DNA of 60,524 nucleotides, filler included, from Theionarchaea archaeon (lineage in GTDB: Archaea > Methanobacteriota_B > Thermococci > Methanofastidiosales > SZ-28-30): NCBI GenBank assembly GCA_018992565.1. It is 5 parts of 5 records of this genome, joined end to end, with 100 filler letters (N's around TTAATTAATTAA, not from the genome) between each part and the next. Parts side by side here need not be neighbours in the genome. Positions count along the whole stretch, not along the records: positions 23,688 to 47,244 come from JACVGW010000040.1; positions 47,345 to 51,766 come from JACVGW010000133.1; 3 more parts are not named here. The stretch is one strand, 5' to 3'. The notes beneath the pieces were generated by a model. That model worked only from the letters and a program-made list of their open reading frames with translations. It made no database searches and was not told where the DNA came from. The translations under genes were made by a program, and so were the position numbers. This document shows, one piece after another, positions 39,949 to 50,089 of the stretch; position 1 is the stretch's first letter, and each line of letters opens with the position of its first letter.

Positions 39949-41040
39949 TCAGAGGGTATCAACGCTATATGCCAGCTCTTCAATAATGGCTGTGAGGATC
40001 TCAGCCAATTTCTCCCCCACGCCCTGAAGTGTTCTCAAATCCTCAATTTCACGAATATCTTTATTCAGATCGTCTACCAGCCAGGCAGCTTTCCTGTATG
40101 GCCATGCTTTCTGTGGAGATTCCAGTTCAAATCGATACACCTGATCATACAACTTTTCCGCCACTCTCTGATTGAAATTCAGACAATAGCGGGGGATCCG
40201 ATCTTTCAACCCATGGCGCTCTATGATGTCGATGGCTTTTCGTGAAATGTCTGCAAAGTACTTGTGACTGTCAGAGCCATAGAGCGTCTCATAGGTAGAG
40301 ACGAGCCACGGAAACTTGGTTCTCAACAACTTGAAATATCGCTCCCTTACATTATCTTCCAGCGTCAGTCCACCCACCAGCACAAAGGTAGCCCCGTGTG
40401 CTTTTGCTGCTCTGATCACATCTTCCATCAGCTCAGGTGAATCGGTAATAGAGGGGAGAAGCGGCATCAGGTTCGCCCCTGTAAGAATACCAGCTTCTGA
40501 AATCTCTTTCATTGCCTTCAATCGGTTTTCCGGAGAAGGAGCCCCTGGCTCAAAGAGACCTGACAGCTCCTGATCAATGGTGGAAAAACTGAATGAAACA
40601 CAGGCCCATGTCCTCTCATTGATCTCCTTCAGAATATCTACATCTCTGACTACCAAATCTGACTTTTCAATGAGATGTACTGGAAACTCAGAGTCTCTTA
40701 TGACTTCCAGTATTTTCCTGGACAGTCCAAATCTCCTCTCGGCAGGCTGATAGTCGCCTGTGGCAATTATGCCCTTTCTTGCCGTCCTGAGCTCTTTCTG
40801 CATCAAGTGAGCAGCATTCCGTTTGACTCTTATAATTCGGGAAAAATCCTCAGGTGCATCTGTGTGGAGATACTTGTCCTGTCTTGCATAACAATACTCA
40901 CAGGCATGCTCACATCCAACATAGGGATGAGCAGAATATGTGTTCCAGAACCAGGAATCTGCGTGCCTGTATTTGTTGAGGATTTTTCTTGCGTCATACA
41001 CAACGTATGGTGATCCTCCATCCAGAGTGGTCTGTCTCAT
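39949..41040 (-). CDS. SPL/Rv2578c-like radical SAM protein with C-terminal PolX-type HhH domain
   Basis: PYVGCEHACEYCYA, DYQPAE and FEPGAPSPENRL, with C-terminal YRKAA...LQGVGEKLAE. Confidence 0.85.
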   Translation of the reverse strand: MRQTTLDGGSPYVVYDARKILNKYRHADSWFWNTYSAHPYVGCEHACEYCYARQDKYLHTDAPEDFSRIIRVKRNAAHLMQKELRTARKGIIATGDYQPAERRFGLSRKILEVIRDSEFPVHLIEKSDLVVRDVDILKEINERTWACVSFSFSTIDQELSGLFEPGAPSPENRLKAMKEISEAGILTGANLMPLLPSITDSPELMEDVIRAAKAHGATFVLVGGLTLEDNVRERYFKLLRTKFPWLVSTYETLYGSDSHKYFADISRKAIDIIERHGLKDRIPRYCLNFNQRVAEKLYDQVYRFELESPQKAWPYRKAAWLVDDLNKDIREIEDLRTLQGVGEKLAEILTAIIEELAYSVDTL

Positions 41041-41582
41041 TTGGTTAGGGCAGCCCTGGCATCGTCTGCAGCCTTGAATCCCACTTCCAGCGCTTTCTTG
41101 TTGAGATCAATTGTCCGGGGAGGAACACTGTCGAACACTGCTTTCTGCATGGCTTCCTCCGTGACAACACTCGTCAGCCTGGTCAGGCTTCCCAGCATGA
41201 TAATATTGGCCACAATTTTCCGTCCCAGATCTTCGGCTAAAGCAGTGAATTCAATCCGTATGGGATCAAATTTCCCCGTGTCAATGACCAGAGAAGGGTC
41301 AACTATAATGGTGGCGTCTTTCTTCAAGTCATCGGTGTACTTGTCGAAGGCAGGCTGACTCATGGCCACCAGAATATCTGCCTCCATGACACCTGGAAAG
41401 GCAATGGGTTCATCTGAGATTATCACTTCAGATCTGGATGCACCGCCTCGAGCTTCGGGACCGTAGGACTGAGTCTGAACCGAGTAGTAATCAGAATACA
41501 CAGAAGCAGCCTTTCCCAGGATCATACCAGCCAGCACGATACCCTGACCGCCAAATCCACACACACGAATTTCTTTCCTCAT
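41037..41582 (-). CDS. korC: 2-oxoacid:ferredoxin oxidoreductase gamma subunit
   Basis: GFGGQG, QSYGPEARGGAS and ANIIMLG motifs. Confidence 0.92.
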   Translation of the reverse strand: MRKEIRVCGFGGQGIVLAGMILGKAASVYSDYYSVQTQSYGPEARGGASRSEVIISDEPIAFPGVMEADILVAMSQPAFDKYTDDLKKDATIIVDPSLVIDTGKFDPIRIEFTALAEDLGRKIVANIIMLGSLTRLTSVVTEEAMQKAVFDSVPPRTIDLNKKALEVGFKAADDARAALTK

Positions 41583-42424
41583 GATTTCATCCTCTCCACC
41601 AGTGATTTCCATTCATCCATGAATTCTGGTTTTTCAATGTCAACAAACTCTCCAATTGTGATCTTCTTTCTGGCCTTCTCTTTTTCTTCTTCTGTACCAT
41701 ATTTCATAATTCGATCATATTCCTCAACCAGAATCACATTCTGCTTATACCAGTTCCACATGGACTCTATGTCTCGCAACTTGTTGTACCGTCCGTAGGC
41801 TGTTGGACAGGGGGATAATATTTCAATAAAGGCAAACCCTTTTCTCTTGAGACCCTTTTCGATGGATTTAATGGGTCTGTAAGGATGGGTGACAGACCAC
41901 CTGGCCACATAGGGTGCACCTGCTGCCACTGCCAGCAGTGACATGTCAAACGGATGCTCCACATTTCCATAAGGTGTAGTCGTAGTGTTAGCAAACCGGG
42001 GTGTTGTGGGAGCTACTTGACCTCCTGTCATTCCGTATGTGAAGTTGTTGACAGAAACGACAGTGACGTTTATGTTCCGTCTGATAGCATGAATAAAATG
42101 GTTTCCTCCAATCCCCACACAGTCCCCGTCTCCTGTAAACACTACGATGTCGAGATCAGGGTTGGCGGCGTGGACACCTGTTGCAAAAGCCAGTGCTCGC
42201 CCATGAGTTGTGTGAAGGCCATCTGCTTTCACATATCCAGGCAATCGCGAAGAGCAGCCAATGCCGCTGACAAAAATGGTTTTTGTGATGTCTAACCCCA
42301 CATTGTCAATAGCCTGTATGGTGTAGTGGAGTACGTTCCCGATTCCACATCCTGTGCAGAATATGGTGGGAAACATGGCTTCCCTGAGATATTTCTCTTT
42401 GAGCTCAAGTGTGTTGGTTAACAT
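41579..42424 (-). CDS. korB: 2-oxoacid:ferredoxin oxidoreductase beta subunit
   Basis: FCTGCG, SGIGCS, HTTHGR, TPP motif GDGD...NN, YGMTGGQ and PCPT. Confidence 0.93.
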   Translation of the reverse strand: MLTNTLELKEKYLREAMFPTIFCTGCGIGNVLHYTIQAIDNVGLDITKTIFVSGIGCSSRLPGYVKADGLHTTHGRALAFATGVHAANPDLDIVVFTGDGDCVGIGGNHFIHAIRRNINVTVVSVNNFTYGMTGGQVAPTTPRFANTTTTPYGNVEHPFDMSLLAVAAGAPYVARWSVTHPYRPIKSIEKGLKRKGFAFIEILSPCPTAYGRYNKLRDIESMWNWYKQNVILVEEYDRIMKYGTEEEKEKARKKITIGEFVDIEKPEFMDEWKSLVERMKS

Positions 42425-42559
42425 ACAGTGAGGATTTTTTCACATTGATTTATAAAGGTTTTGTCTGGCAGTTGAAGAATCCTGCAATCTTGAAGTTCAT
42501 AAGTGAAGAAAAGATTAATCTGTAGGGGGTCTGATGAAGGATTCTTGAGTAATAACCTA

Positions 42560-42982
42560 CTACAATCGTAACTGATGGGTACTCCGTGGATTGTCCAGGT
42601 ATGACTTGGCAGCTTCAAGCACACTTCTGGTATTGTTGAAGGTTATCTGATCCCTTGCCTTCTCATATGAAAGCCAGGCATAGTCTGTGTGCTCCCAACT
42701 GATAGTGACATCCTTTGTTTTTGACCTGGCCAAAAAATAGGTGACAGTCTTGTACACTAGTTTTTCATCTCTCTTGTAGAAGTAGTCGATTTCCTTTTCG
42801 AAATCTGTAAATTCCACATTTCTCAGTCCAGTTTCTTCTTCAATCTCTCTGGTTGCTGTCTCAATCCTCGTTTCTCCCCTTTCTCTGTTTCCCTTTGGGA
42901 ATCCCCAATGTCCCGATTCGTAGTGAAGGAGGAGAAACTCACTGTTGAAATAGATGACTGCTCCACACGACTCCTCTCTCAT
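42560..42982 (-). CDS. NUDIX hydrolase (Ap4A hydrolase-like)
   Basis: HWGFPKG...ETATREIEEETG Nudix box and SWEH. Confidence 0.9.
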   Translation of the reverse strand: MREESCGAVIYFNSEFLLLHYESGHWGFPKGNRERGETRIETATREIEEETGLRNVEFTDFEKEIDYFYKRDEKLVYKTVTYFLARSKTKDVTISWEHTDYAWLSYEKARDQITFNNTRSVLEAAKSYLDNPRSTHQLRL

Positions 42983-43060
42983 GAGATTTCACCTGCTCTG
43001 GCTTTTCCGTACACACTTATGAGTCACATCCAAAAAAAAGGAAAAAGAGATTACTGAGGA

Positions 43061-44722
43061 TTATTTCTGTTTTTTCAGTTCTTCTTCCACCAGAGTTCTC
43101 CTGAGGACTTTGCCCACAATGGTCTTGGGCAGCGCAGTACGGAATTCTACTTCTTTGGGAACCTTGTACTTGGCAAGGTTTTCTTTGCAGAAGCTGATAA
43201 TCTCTTCCATTGTGGCGGTTTCTCCCTCTTTTAGCACAATGTAGGCCTTCACCGTCTCCCCACGGTACTCATCTGGGATACCAGCTACTGCAGCTTCCTT
43301 GATCTTGGGATGTTCAAACAGTACTTCTTCAATATCTCTTGGATAGATGTTGAATCCTGACGCTATGATCATGTCCTTTTTCCGATCCACGATATAGAAG
43401 TATCCATCTTCATCAACTTTTGATATATCACCTGTATACAACCAGCCGTCTCTGAGGGTTTGGGCAGTCTCGTCAGGCATATTCCAGTATCCTTTCATCA
43501 CCTGGGGACCCTTTATGCACAATTCTCCAACTTCGTTCAATCCCAATATCTTGTCTCCTTTTTCCACATCTACAATCTTGCAATCAGTATCAGGGAAGGG
43601 TATTCCGATGCTGCCTTCTTTAACCAGTCCCTCCAGGGGATTGGAGTGGGTCACGGGCGAGGATTCGGTGAGTCCGTATCCTTCTCTGAGTTTTCCTCCC
43701 GTCAGCCGTTCAAACATTTGCAGGACTTCCAGGGGGAGAGGTGCTGCCCCACTGATGCAGTATTTTATTGACGATAAATCATATTTTGAGACATTGGGGT
43801 CATTGTTAATTGCAATGTACATGGTGGGAACTCCAGGGAATAGGGTGGGTTTTTGCTTTTGAATTAAGGAAAGGACTTCTTTTGTTTCCCAGCGGGGCAC
43901 AAGAATCATGCTGGATGCGATATAGACGGGGAAGTTCATGGATACTGTCATGCCGAAGGAATGGAAGAAAGGAAGGACTGCAAGGAGCCGCTCTTTTCCT
44001 ACTTCAACCTCAGGGAACCAGTTCTTACACTGGATAGCATTGGCCACGAGGTTCCTGTGGGTGAGCATGACTCCCTTAGACACACCTGTAGTGCCGCCAG
44101 TGTACTGAAGAAGGGCAACTTCGTCAGGGTCCACTTTCACTGAGGGAGGGGTATCTCCTTTTTTCATCACATCCTGGAATGGGATGGCATCAGGTGCAAC
44201 CTTGGCAATATCCTTCTTCTTAGCAAGAGGGTACAAAAGGTTCACAGGGAAGGGCAGGTACTCTTTCAAACTGGATACAATCACGCGTTTGAGGCCTGTC
44301 TTATCTTGTATGTTTCTTACTTTTGGGTACAACATCTCAAGGTCCAGGGTTATCATGGTCTCAGCGCCTGAATCATCCACCTGGTACTTGATCTCGCGCT
44401 CAACGTAGAGGGGATTGTTCTGGACAACCACTGCCCCTACTTTTAAAGCTGCATACAAGGCAATCACAGATTGAGGGCAGTTCGGGAAGAACAAGGCCAC
44501 TCTATCTCCCTTTTTTATTCCCAGCTTGGAAAGACCACAGGCAAATTTGTTGACTTGAAGAGCAAGTTCTTTATAGGTCAGTTTTGCTCCCATGAAAACC
44601 GTAGCTACTGTGTCTGGGAAGTTCTTTGCAGAATCGTCCAGGAATTTGTACAAGGGGATGTCAGGGTAGTCGATAGTCTGAGGTACTTTTTTGGGGTAGT
44701 GCTTCAGCCATATTTTTTCCAT
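43061..44722 (-). CDS. Long-chain fatty acid-CoA ligase
   Basis: QYTGGTTGVSKG, EGYGLTE, TGD, DRKKD and LPKT.VGK motifs. Confidence 0.95.
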   Translation of the reverse strand: MEKIWLKHYPKKVPQTIDYPDIPLYKFLDDSAKNFPDTVATVFMGAKLTYKELALQVNKFACGLSKLGIKKGDRVALFFPNCPQSVIALYAALKVGAVVVQNNPLYVEREIKYQVDDSGAETMITLDLEMLYPKVRNIQDKTGLKRVIVSSLKEYLPFPVNLLYPLAKKKDIAKVAPDAIPFQDVMKKGDTPPSVKVDPDEVALLQYTGGTTGVSKGVMLTHRNLVANAIQCKNWFPEVEVGKERLLAVLPFFHSFGMTVSMNFPVYIASSMILVPRWETKEVLSLIQKQKPTLFPGVPTMYIAINNDPNVSKYDLSSIKYCISGAAPLPLEVLQMFERLTGGKLREGYGLTESSPVTHSNPLEGLVKEGSIGIPFPDTDCKIVDVEKGDKILGLNEVGELCIKGPQVMKGYWNMPDETAQTLRDGWLYTGDISKVDEDGYFYIVDRKKDMIIASGFNIYPRDIEEVLFEHPKIKEAAVAGIPDEYRGETVKAYIVLKEGETATMEEIISFCKENLAKYKVPKEVEFRTALPKTIVGKVLRRTLVEEELKKQK

Positions 44723-45253
44723 AAATGTTCCTCCTGTTAGAAGAAAAGGTGTCTTTTCAATTATTTAAGGTTTGCTATTACAGTAAGTAGGTTTGCACGT
44801 GTTGCATGTGAAACGAAGTAATCATTACTAAGGAGAAGCTAGAAATACAGTGTTTGACATACCAAACGATGCGCCGCGTGGCTCGGTAATCATATTACCC
44901 TAAGACAGCTCTTCTACTTTCAGAATTTGAATGTACCAAAAATATTATGGCTCAAAGCACCTTTAGAAATCCGTGTGCGTGAATATGTTCAACAGTCAAA
45001 GTCGGCAGGTATTCCTTTTCTCATACACGCAGGTTGCACAATACACAGTAATGCCAAAACCACAACCCTGCTTCCACTGATACATTCCTCTGAGGTTCGA
45101 CATTGAGACTATGAACATGTCAACTTGATCATCGTCATTCACGCTTCCAAAGCCGAGATTTTCAGTAGAAGTTCCTGCAGTACTCTTTTTTTTCCTTGTG
45201 GTTGATCTGGGCATGCATTGATAAGACGATGCTGGCTGAGCTATTCTAAACAT

Positions 45254-45640
45254 TCACTTCGGGTAAATATAGGTATCCTGATCAGATTTCTTGGAAACAG
45301 GAATCATCTTATTCTTTCCATGACAGACAGGACACTCCAGGTATTTCCATTCGTACCACTTGTCCTCCTTCTTAGTCACTCCATGAGGAGAAAAGGCACT
45401 CTTCAGAGCAGAAATTTCAAATTCCTGTCCGCATACTGGGCACTTGAATAGTACACCTCCCTCCTGCCGCACCACAAGTGCAATGATGCCAACCATAGAA
45501 ACACCGAGAATAATAAACCATAGGTACCAATACGCAGTGAAGAAAAGCACTGATGATACTGTTACAATCCCGATAAATATGACAATGACAATGATAGAGT
45601 CTTTCCATTCCTTCTTGGTTACTTCTTTATATTCTTTCAT
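45254..45640 (-). CDS. Small membrane protein with Zn ribbon
   Basis: Two TM helices followed by FKCPVCG...YLECPVC. Confidence 0.75.
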   Translation of the reverse strand: MKEYKEVTKKEWKDSIIVIVIFIGIVTVSSVLFFTAYWYLWFIILGVSMVGIIALVVRQEGGVLFKCPVCGQEFEISALKSAFSPHGVTKKEDKWYEWKYLECPVCHGKNKMIPVSKKSDQDTYIYPK

Positions 45641-45689
45641 GAGCACTGTTTGTTCTAGTGTTGAAAAAGGTTTGCATCTCTATTTCTGG

Positions 45690-46196
45690 CTACTGATTAC
45701 TCCAAAAGTGAGTCTCACTACGCAAACAGAAGGATTTTCCATCGACAGCTCTGGATACAGCGAGAATCCCATTCAGATGATCATATTCATGCTGGATTAG
45801 TTCTGACATATCCCCGCTATATTCAACATGTTGTTTCTTCCACTCCGGATCGAAGAAGGTAACCTTACAGTGGCAATACCTCTTGACCTTCACCAAGAGA
45901 TCTGGGAAACTCATGCAGTCATCCCATAGTACCATTGTGGCTGTGTCTTTGAACTCGAGTACAGGGTTGATGAGAACCAGAGGTTCTCCCACATGCATGT
46001 ATAATAATCGTTTGTCTACCCCAATCTGAGGAGCAGCAATAGCCCTTCCTGCTTTGTGAATCTTCTTGAAATCCATGAGTGTATCATGGAGATCCCTGAC
46101 AACGGACATCACCATGTCAGATTCGTCCTTCTCTACCTTTTTGCACACTGTGTACAAGAAAGGATTTCCCAAGAGCAATATTTTTCTTACTGCCAT
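45690..46196 (-). CDS. def: Peptide deformylase-like protein with divergent motifs
   Basis: GRAIAAPQIG, INP, DDCMS (for EGCLS) and QHEYDHLNG. Confidence 0.88.
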   Translation of the reverse strand: MAVRKILLLGNPFLYTVCKKVEKDESDMVMSVVRDLHDTLMDFKKIHKAGRAIAAPQIGVDKRLLYMHVGEPLVLINPVLEFKDTATMVLWDDCMSFPDLLVKVKRYCHCKVTFFDPEWKKQHVEYSGDMSELIQHEYDHLNGILAVSRAVDGKSFCLRSETHFWSNQ

Positions 46197-46573
46197 GCTT
46201 ATACCTCACCCTCTTTTTTCTTGAGAAACATTAAAACGTTTCTATTCATCATGGATAACTTGCATCTTTTCCTGCTTCCTAGAAAGGTGAATTATGGGTT
46301 TATTTCACTTTAAATGTATCAAATAATTCTATTTCGAGCAGAAAGATCAAAAATCAACTTTTTAAAAAAAAGGCACAAATGTACAATTTAAAGTAAAATA
46401 AAAGCAAAAACGGGCATAGATAAGCAGAATAGAAAAGTTTATATACTACCTATCACACAAATACATTTGTAGATTGGATTAAGAGCGATAAGGAGATAGA
46501 AGCTCAAGTAAACTCTCATTCCAATCGACATTCACTAAACAAAGCCAAAAATAACCTTAAAGGAGGTAACAAA

Positions 46574-46624
46574 ATGGGAAAGTCAAAAGGAAAGAAGAAA
46601 GGCGAAGACAAGAAGAAGAAGTAA
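46574..46624 (+). CDS. Unannotated 16-aa Lys-rich microprotein MGKSKGKKKGEDKKKK
   Basis: AAGGAGGT SD, upstream BRE/TATA (gaaaag-tttatata, 46432-46445), and hairpin plus T-tract downstream. Confidence 0.55.
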   Translation: MGKSKGKKKGEDKKKK

Positions 46625-46630
46625 TACCAG

Positions 46631-46661
46631 TGCACTAGCGATGCCCGTCTAGTGTATTTTT
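46631..46661 (+). terminator. Hairpin + T-tract
   Basis: tgcactag...ctagtgta followed by ttttt. Confidence 0.55.
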
Positions 46662-46800
46662 GGCTTTTGAACCATTTTTTATTTCTTTCTTGTTCGAATT
46701 CTTCCACTCATTTCTTCATTCCTCTATATTTTTTCATTGTGGTTTCTCTGAATCCGGAGCTGTTTTCGTTCTCTATCCATTCAAGTACTCAAAGAAGGGA

Positions 46801-47244
46801 TCAGTCACTTCTTTTCTCCAAAATGGTCAATGCACTGGCCAGGAGTATAAGCACTCCTCCAAAAATCGTGAATGTATTAATTGCTTCTCCCAGAACCAGG
46901 TATCCGTAAATCACACCGGAGATGGCTTCCATCATCATAATCACCCCTGCATGGACGATTGGCACATACTTGACTGATCTATAAAAGATACCCATACCCA
47001 CAACCATGGGGATGAGCGCGAACAATACCAGCAGTATGCCGGTTTCCACTGAAACAGAGAAAGAAAATCCTGTAATCAGAGTATCATGTGTGACTGCCCT
47101 GGAAAGGAATCCAAACCCTACAGTAAAGAGGGATCTGAATACATAGAACCAGAAGATACTCACCAGAAAGTGTCTCGGCTTCAGCGAGAGGGACTTGATC
47201 ATGATGAATTCCACAGAGAGCAATATCCCTGCAGCAAGAGCAAT
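46801..47244 (-). CDS. EamA/DMT transporter, C-terminal part (truncated)
   Basis: AGVIMMMEAISGVIYGYLVLGE...GGVLIL motif. Confidence 0.85.
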   Translation of the reverse strand: MALAAGILLSVEFIMIKSLSLKPRHFLVSIFWFYVFRSLFTVGFGFLSRAVTHDTLITGFSFSVSVETGILLVLFALIPMVVGMGIFYRSVKYVPIVHAGVIMMMEAISGVIYGYLVLGEAINTFTIFGGVLILLASALTILEKRSD

Positions 47245-47344
47245 NNNNNNNNNNNNNNNNNNNNNNNNNNNNNNNNNNNNNNNNNNNNTTAATTAATTAA
47301 NNNNNNNNNNNNNNNNNNNNNNNNNNNNNNNNNNNNNNNNNNNN
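47245..47344. other. Artificial contig linker
   Basis: N-TTAATTAATTAA-N. Confidence 1.
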
Positions 47345-48567
47345 TCTGCTTTCTCCAATATCATCTGCTCATCAACACCTAAGAACCTGCGATTTTCCAT
47401 GATAACCTTCCCATTGCAGATTACCGTATCCACATTCCCACTCTGCAATGCATACACCATATTAGACGTAAAATCATGATAAGGAACAGCATTTGGCTTT
47501 TTCACATCAACCAACACCAGATCAGCCAGATACCCCTCTGCAACAACCCCTGCCTTCAACCCCAGAGATTCAGCACCATTAACCGTTCCCATCCGCAACA
47601 CATCCCCAGCAGTCACAGCAGTAGGATCACCCGTGTGGACCTTGTGCAACAATGCACAGACCTTCATGACCTCAATCATATCCAGGCTGTTATTTGAAGC
47701 AGCCCCATCCGTAGCCAGAGAAACAGTAATCCCTTTCTTCACCATGTCAGGTAACCGCATAACCCCTGCAGCAATCTTCATGTTAGATACTGGATTATGA
47801 GAAACCTTCACCTGTCTCTCAGCAAACATATCCAGCTCCTCATCATTCAGCCACACACAGTGAGCGGCCAAAAACCTCTCGTCCAGAAACCCTCCTTCAT
47901 GCAAAAATTCCACTGGTGTCATCCCTTTCTGTTCTATAAACTCCCTGACTTCCCTCTCCGTCTCACTGACATGCGTGTGGAAGATCAAATCATGTTTCCT
48001 CGCAACCTCCAGACACTTGTGAAACGTCTCTTCAGAGCACGTGTACAATGCATGGGGAGCCATTACCGGGACCACCAGATCACTTTTCCCCCTAGCCTCT
48101 TCTATAAACTTCACTGCAGTCTCAAAAGGATTTTCTGACTCAGGTGAAGGAAAATCAAAAATACCTGATCCCAGATACCCCCTCATGCCGATTTCCTCTA
48201 CTGCCCGTGCAACATCTCTGCAAAAAAAGTACATATCAACAAAACACGTCGTCCCGGATTTCACCATCTCCATTGCGCCCAGTAAACTCCCGTAGTATGC
48301 AGCTTCTCCTGTCAGTCCCTTCTCCGCCGGCCACACCTTCGTTTCCAGCCATTCCTGTAAAGGTAGATCATCGCCATACCCCCGCAGCAAGGTCATGGCC
48401 AGATGCGTATGCGTATTAACTAGTCCCGGTATCACCAGATACCCTGTACCATCTATGACAATGTCAGAACGATCCTTTTCCTCTCCTACTGATTCAATGA
48501 ATTTCCCTTCCGTGGTGACATTCCCCACAGAACCATCTAGAAACGTGACATTCTCAAGTAAGATCAT
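47345..48567 (-). CDS. MTA/SAH deaminase-like amidohydrolase (3'-truncated)
   Basis: PGLVNTHTH, PHALYTC, HTHVSET, AAHCV and TDGAASNN motifs. Confidence 0.92.
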
Positions 48568-48577
48568 GACAGTTCTT

Positions 48578-48677
48578 NNNNNNNNNNNNNNNNNNNNNNN
48601 NNNNNNNNNNNNNNNNNNNNNNNNNNNNNNNNNNNNNNNNNNNNNNNNNNNNNNNNNNNNNNNNNNNNNNNNNNNNN
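48578..48677. other. Scaffold gap (100 N)
   Basis: N run. Confidence 1.
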
Positions 48678-48803
48678 GCGATGAACGCGTTCCACAAGGA
48701 GTATCTCAAGATCTGGATCCCAAACCAACAGGAGAGCTACAGCTGCAGTTGCACCCTGATCCTCATCACGTTCATGCTGGCCAATGAATAGATTCTCTTT
48801 CAC
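48678..48803 (-). CDS. N-terminal fragment of a probable CoA-pyrophosphatase-type NUDIX hydrolase
   Basis: AAVALLL...LEILLVER runs into the gap. Confidence 0.5.
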
Positions 48804-48848
48804 TGTACTGCTGGTTGGACGTCTCTCCTTCTTAAATCCTGCGGATAG

Positions 48849-49931
48849 TCACTGATCCTCAATGGCTGTAATGGTTTTCATGAGGGCTTCCATGACTGTT
48901 GAGACCTGTGATCTCTTGTCTGGAGGGAAGACCACAGGAGTACCTTCGCCATCGTAGGGGGAGCCACCAGCCTCCATGAGAAGATCCTGGATTTCAGGGC
49001 AGAGAAAGCTGGGTGTACTGACCTCCAGCCGATACTGAAACCGTCCGCAGCGGGTTACTGCAAAGGTCACTTCATGATGAGACCTGAAGATTCGCGACAG
49101 CAGAGTATAACCCCTCTCCGTAGGAGAATAGTCACTTTCCATACTCTGGACAATCCCTGTTTTCAGAAAATATGTCAAGGCAACTTCAATCTCCGAAGGA
49201 GAAGCATCCAGATACCCTGTCAGCTCGTAGAGAGAAATAGGAGTCCCCTTCCAGTGAGCAGGTCCACTTGTCAGTGAAAAAAGCGTTCGTAAGACAGTTT
49301 TCCTCCATGGCGTGAAATCCACTTCCACCACAGGATGGACAATTATCCATGCCCATGGTGTTTTTGAGGATTTCTGGCTTATTTTTTCTCCTATCTTCTG
49401 AAGAACTGCTGCACAGTCTCCCGTCCCACAGACAGCTTCAGGCAGAGCTGACATGAGACCTTTCAGGCAACGAGAAGCTCCTTCGAGCTGGAACTTTCCG
49501 GTGCGCCTCATCACAGGGGCCCTGCGAAGCCCTGAAGAGATGGCAGCCTTTCTCAGTTGAAGAGGTTGAAAATCCGTGCGGTAAACGTCCAGGTTGATGA
49601 ATCCTTTTCTGCAGTGTATGCTGCCTGCCAGCAGCGAGTGTTGCTCACTGATACGGTGGCAAATATCGCTCCATAATGCCGTACCTATGTCCAAACTGAC
49701 ATATGTATCCTCTCCGGGAATGTAACGTATTGTGGAATAGTCGCGCTGCCTGTCAAATTCCTCTTTAATATCTTTTTTTGTATACCCCTTATTGTGAAGA
49801 ATGGTTATCAAATCCTGCCTGGAACAGGGAGAATTCCCAGTGATATGGTCTTTGATCTCCAAATCCAGCAGGGTGAAGTATCCAGTCTCAAAAAAGGATG
49901 AAACCACTCTTTTCGTATTTTCCGAAGACAC
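48849..49931 (-). CDS. Hypothetical protein with wHTH-like segment
   Basis: 360-aa ORF with GGTG SD and ISLYELTGYLDASPSEIEVALTYFLKTGIV...YSPTERG. Confidence 0.6.
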   Translation of the reverse strand: MSSENTKRVVSSFFETGYFTLLDLEIKDHITGNSPCSRQDLITILHNKGYTKKDIKEEFDRQRDYSTIRYIPGEDTYVSLDIGTALWSDICHRISEQHSLLAGSIHCRKGFINLDVYRTDFQPLQLRKAAISSGLRRAPVMRRTGKFQLEGASRCLKGLMSALPEAVCGTGDCAAVLQKIGEKISQKSSKTPWAWIIVHPVVEVDFTPWRKTVLRTLFSLTSGPAHWKGTPISLYELTGYLDASPSEIEVALTYFLKTGIVQSMESDYSPTERGYTLLSRIFRSHHEVTFAVTRCGRFQYRLEVSTPSFLCPEIQDLLMEAGGSPYDGEGTPVVFPPDKRSQVSTVMEALMKTITAIEDQ

Positions 49932-50089
49932 ACATTACACCTTCCTACTGCAAATACTCCATGTAAGCAACGGAGTCAAGAAATATAAGGCTTTCCTAAG
50001 AATGCCAGTACAGGTCCAGGGTGGGGATGACGGATGGGGAACTGCATAGATGCGTGAGGGTTTATATCCCTGGTGTCCCAGAAGCATTC

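Noticed and set aside
44996..45253. ORF with a dockerin-like fragment (GSVNDDDQVDMF)
   Set aside because: Single degenerate motif with no SD or signal peptide. At most a remnant.
47345..48567. Strong G/T skew on the coding strand suggesting foreign origin
   Set aside because: Impression only. It cannot be quantified here and the protein is an ordinary amidohydrolase.
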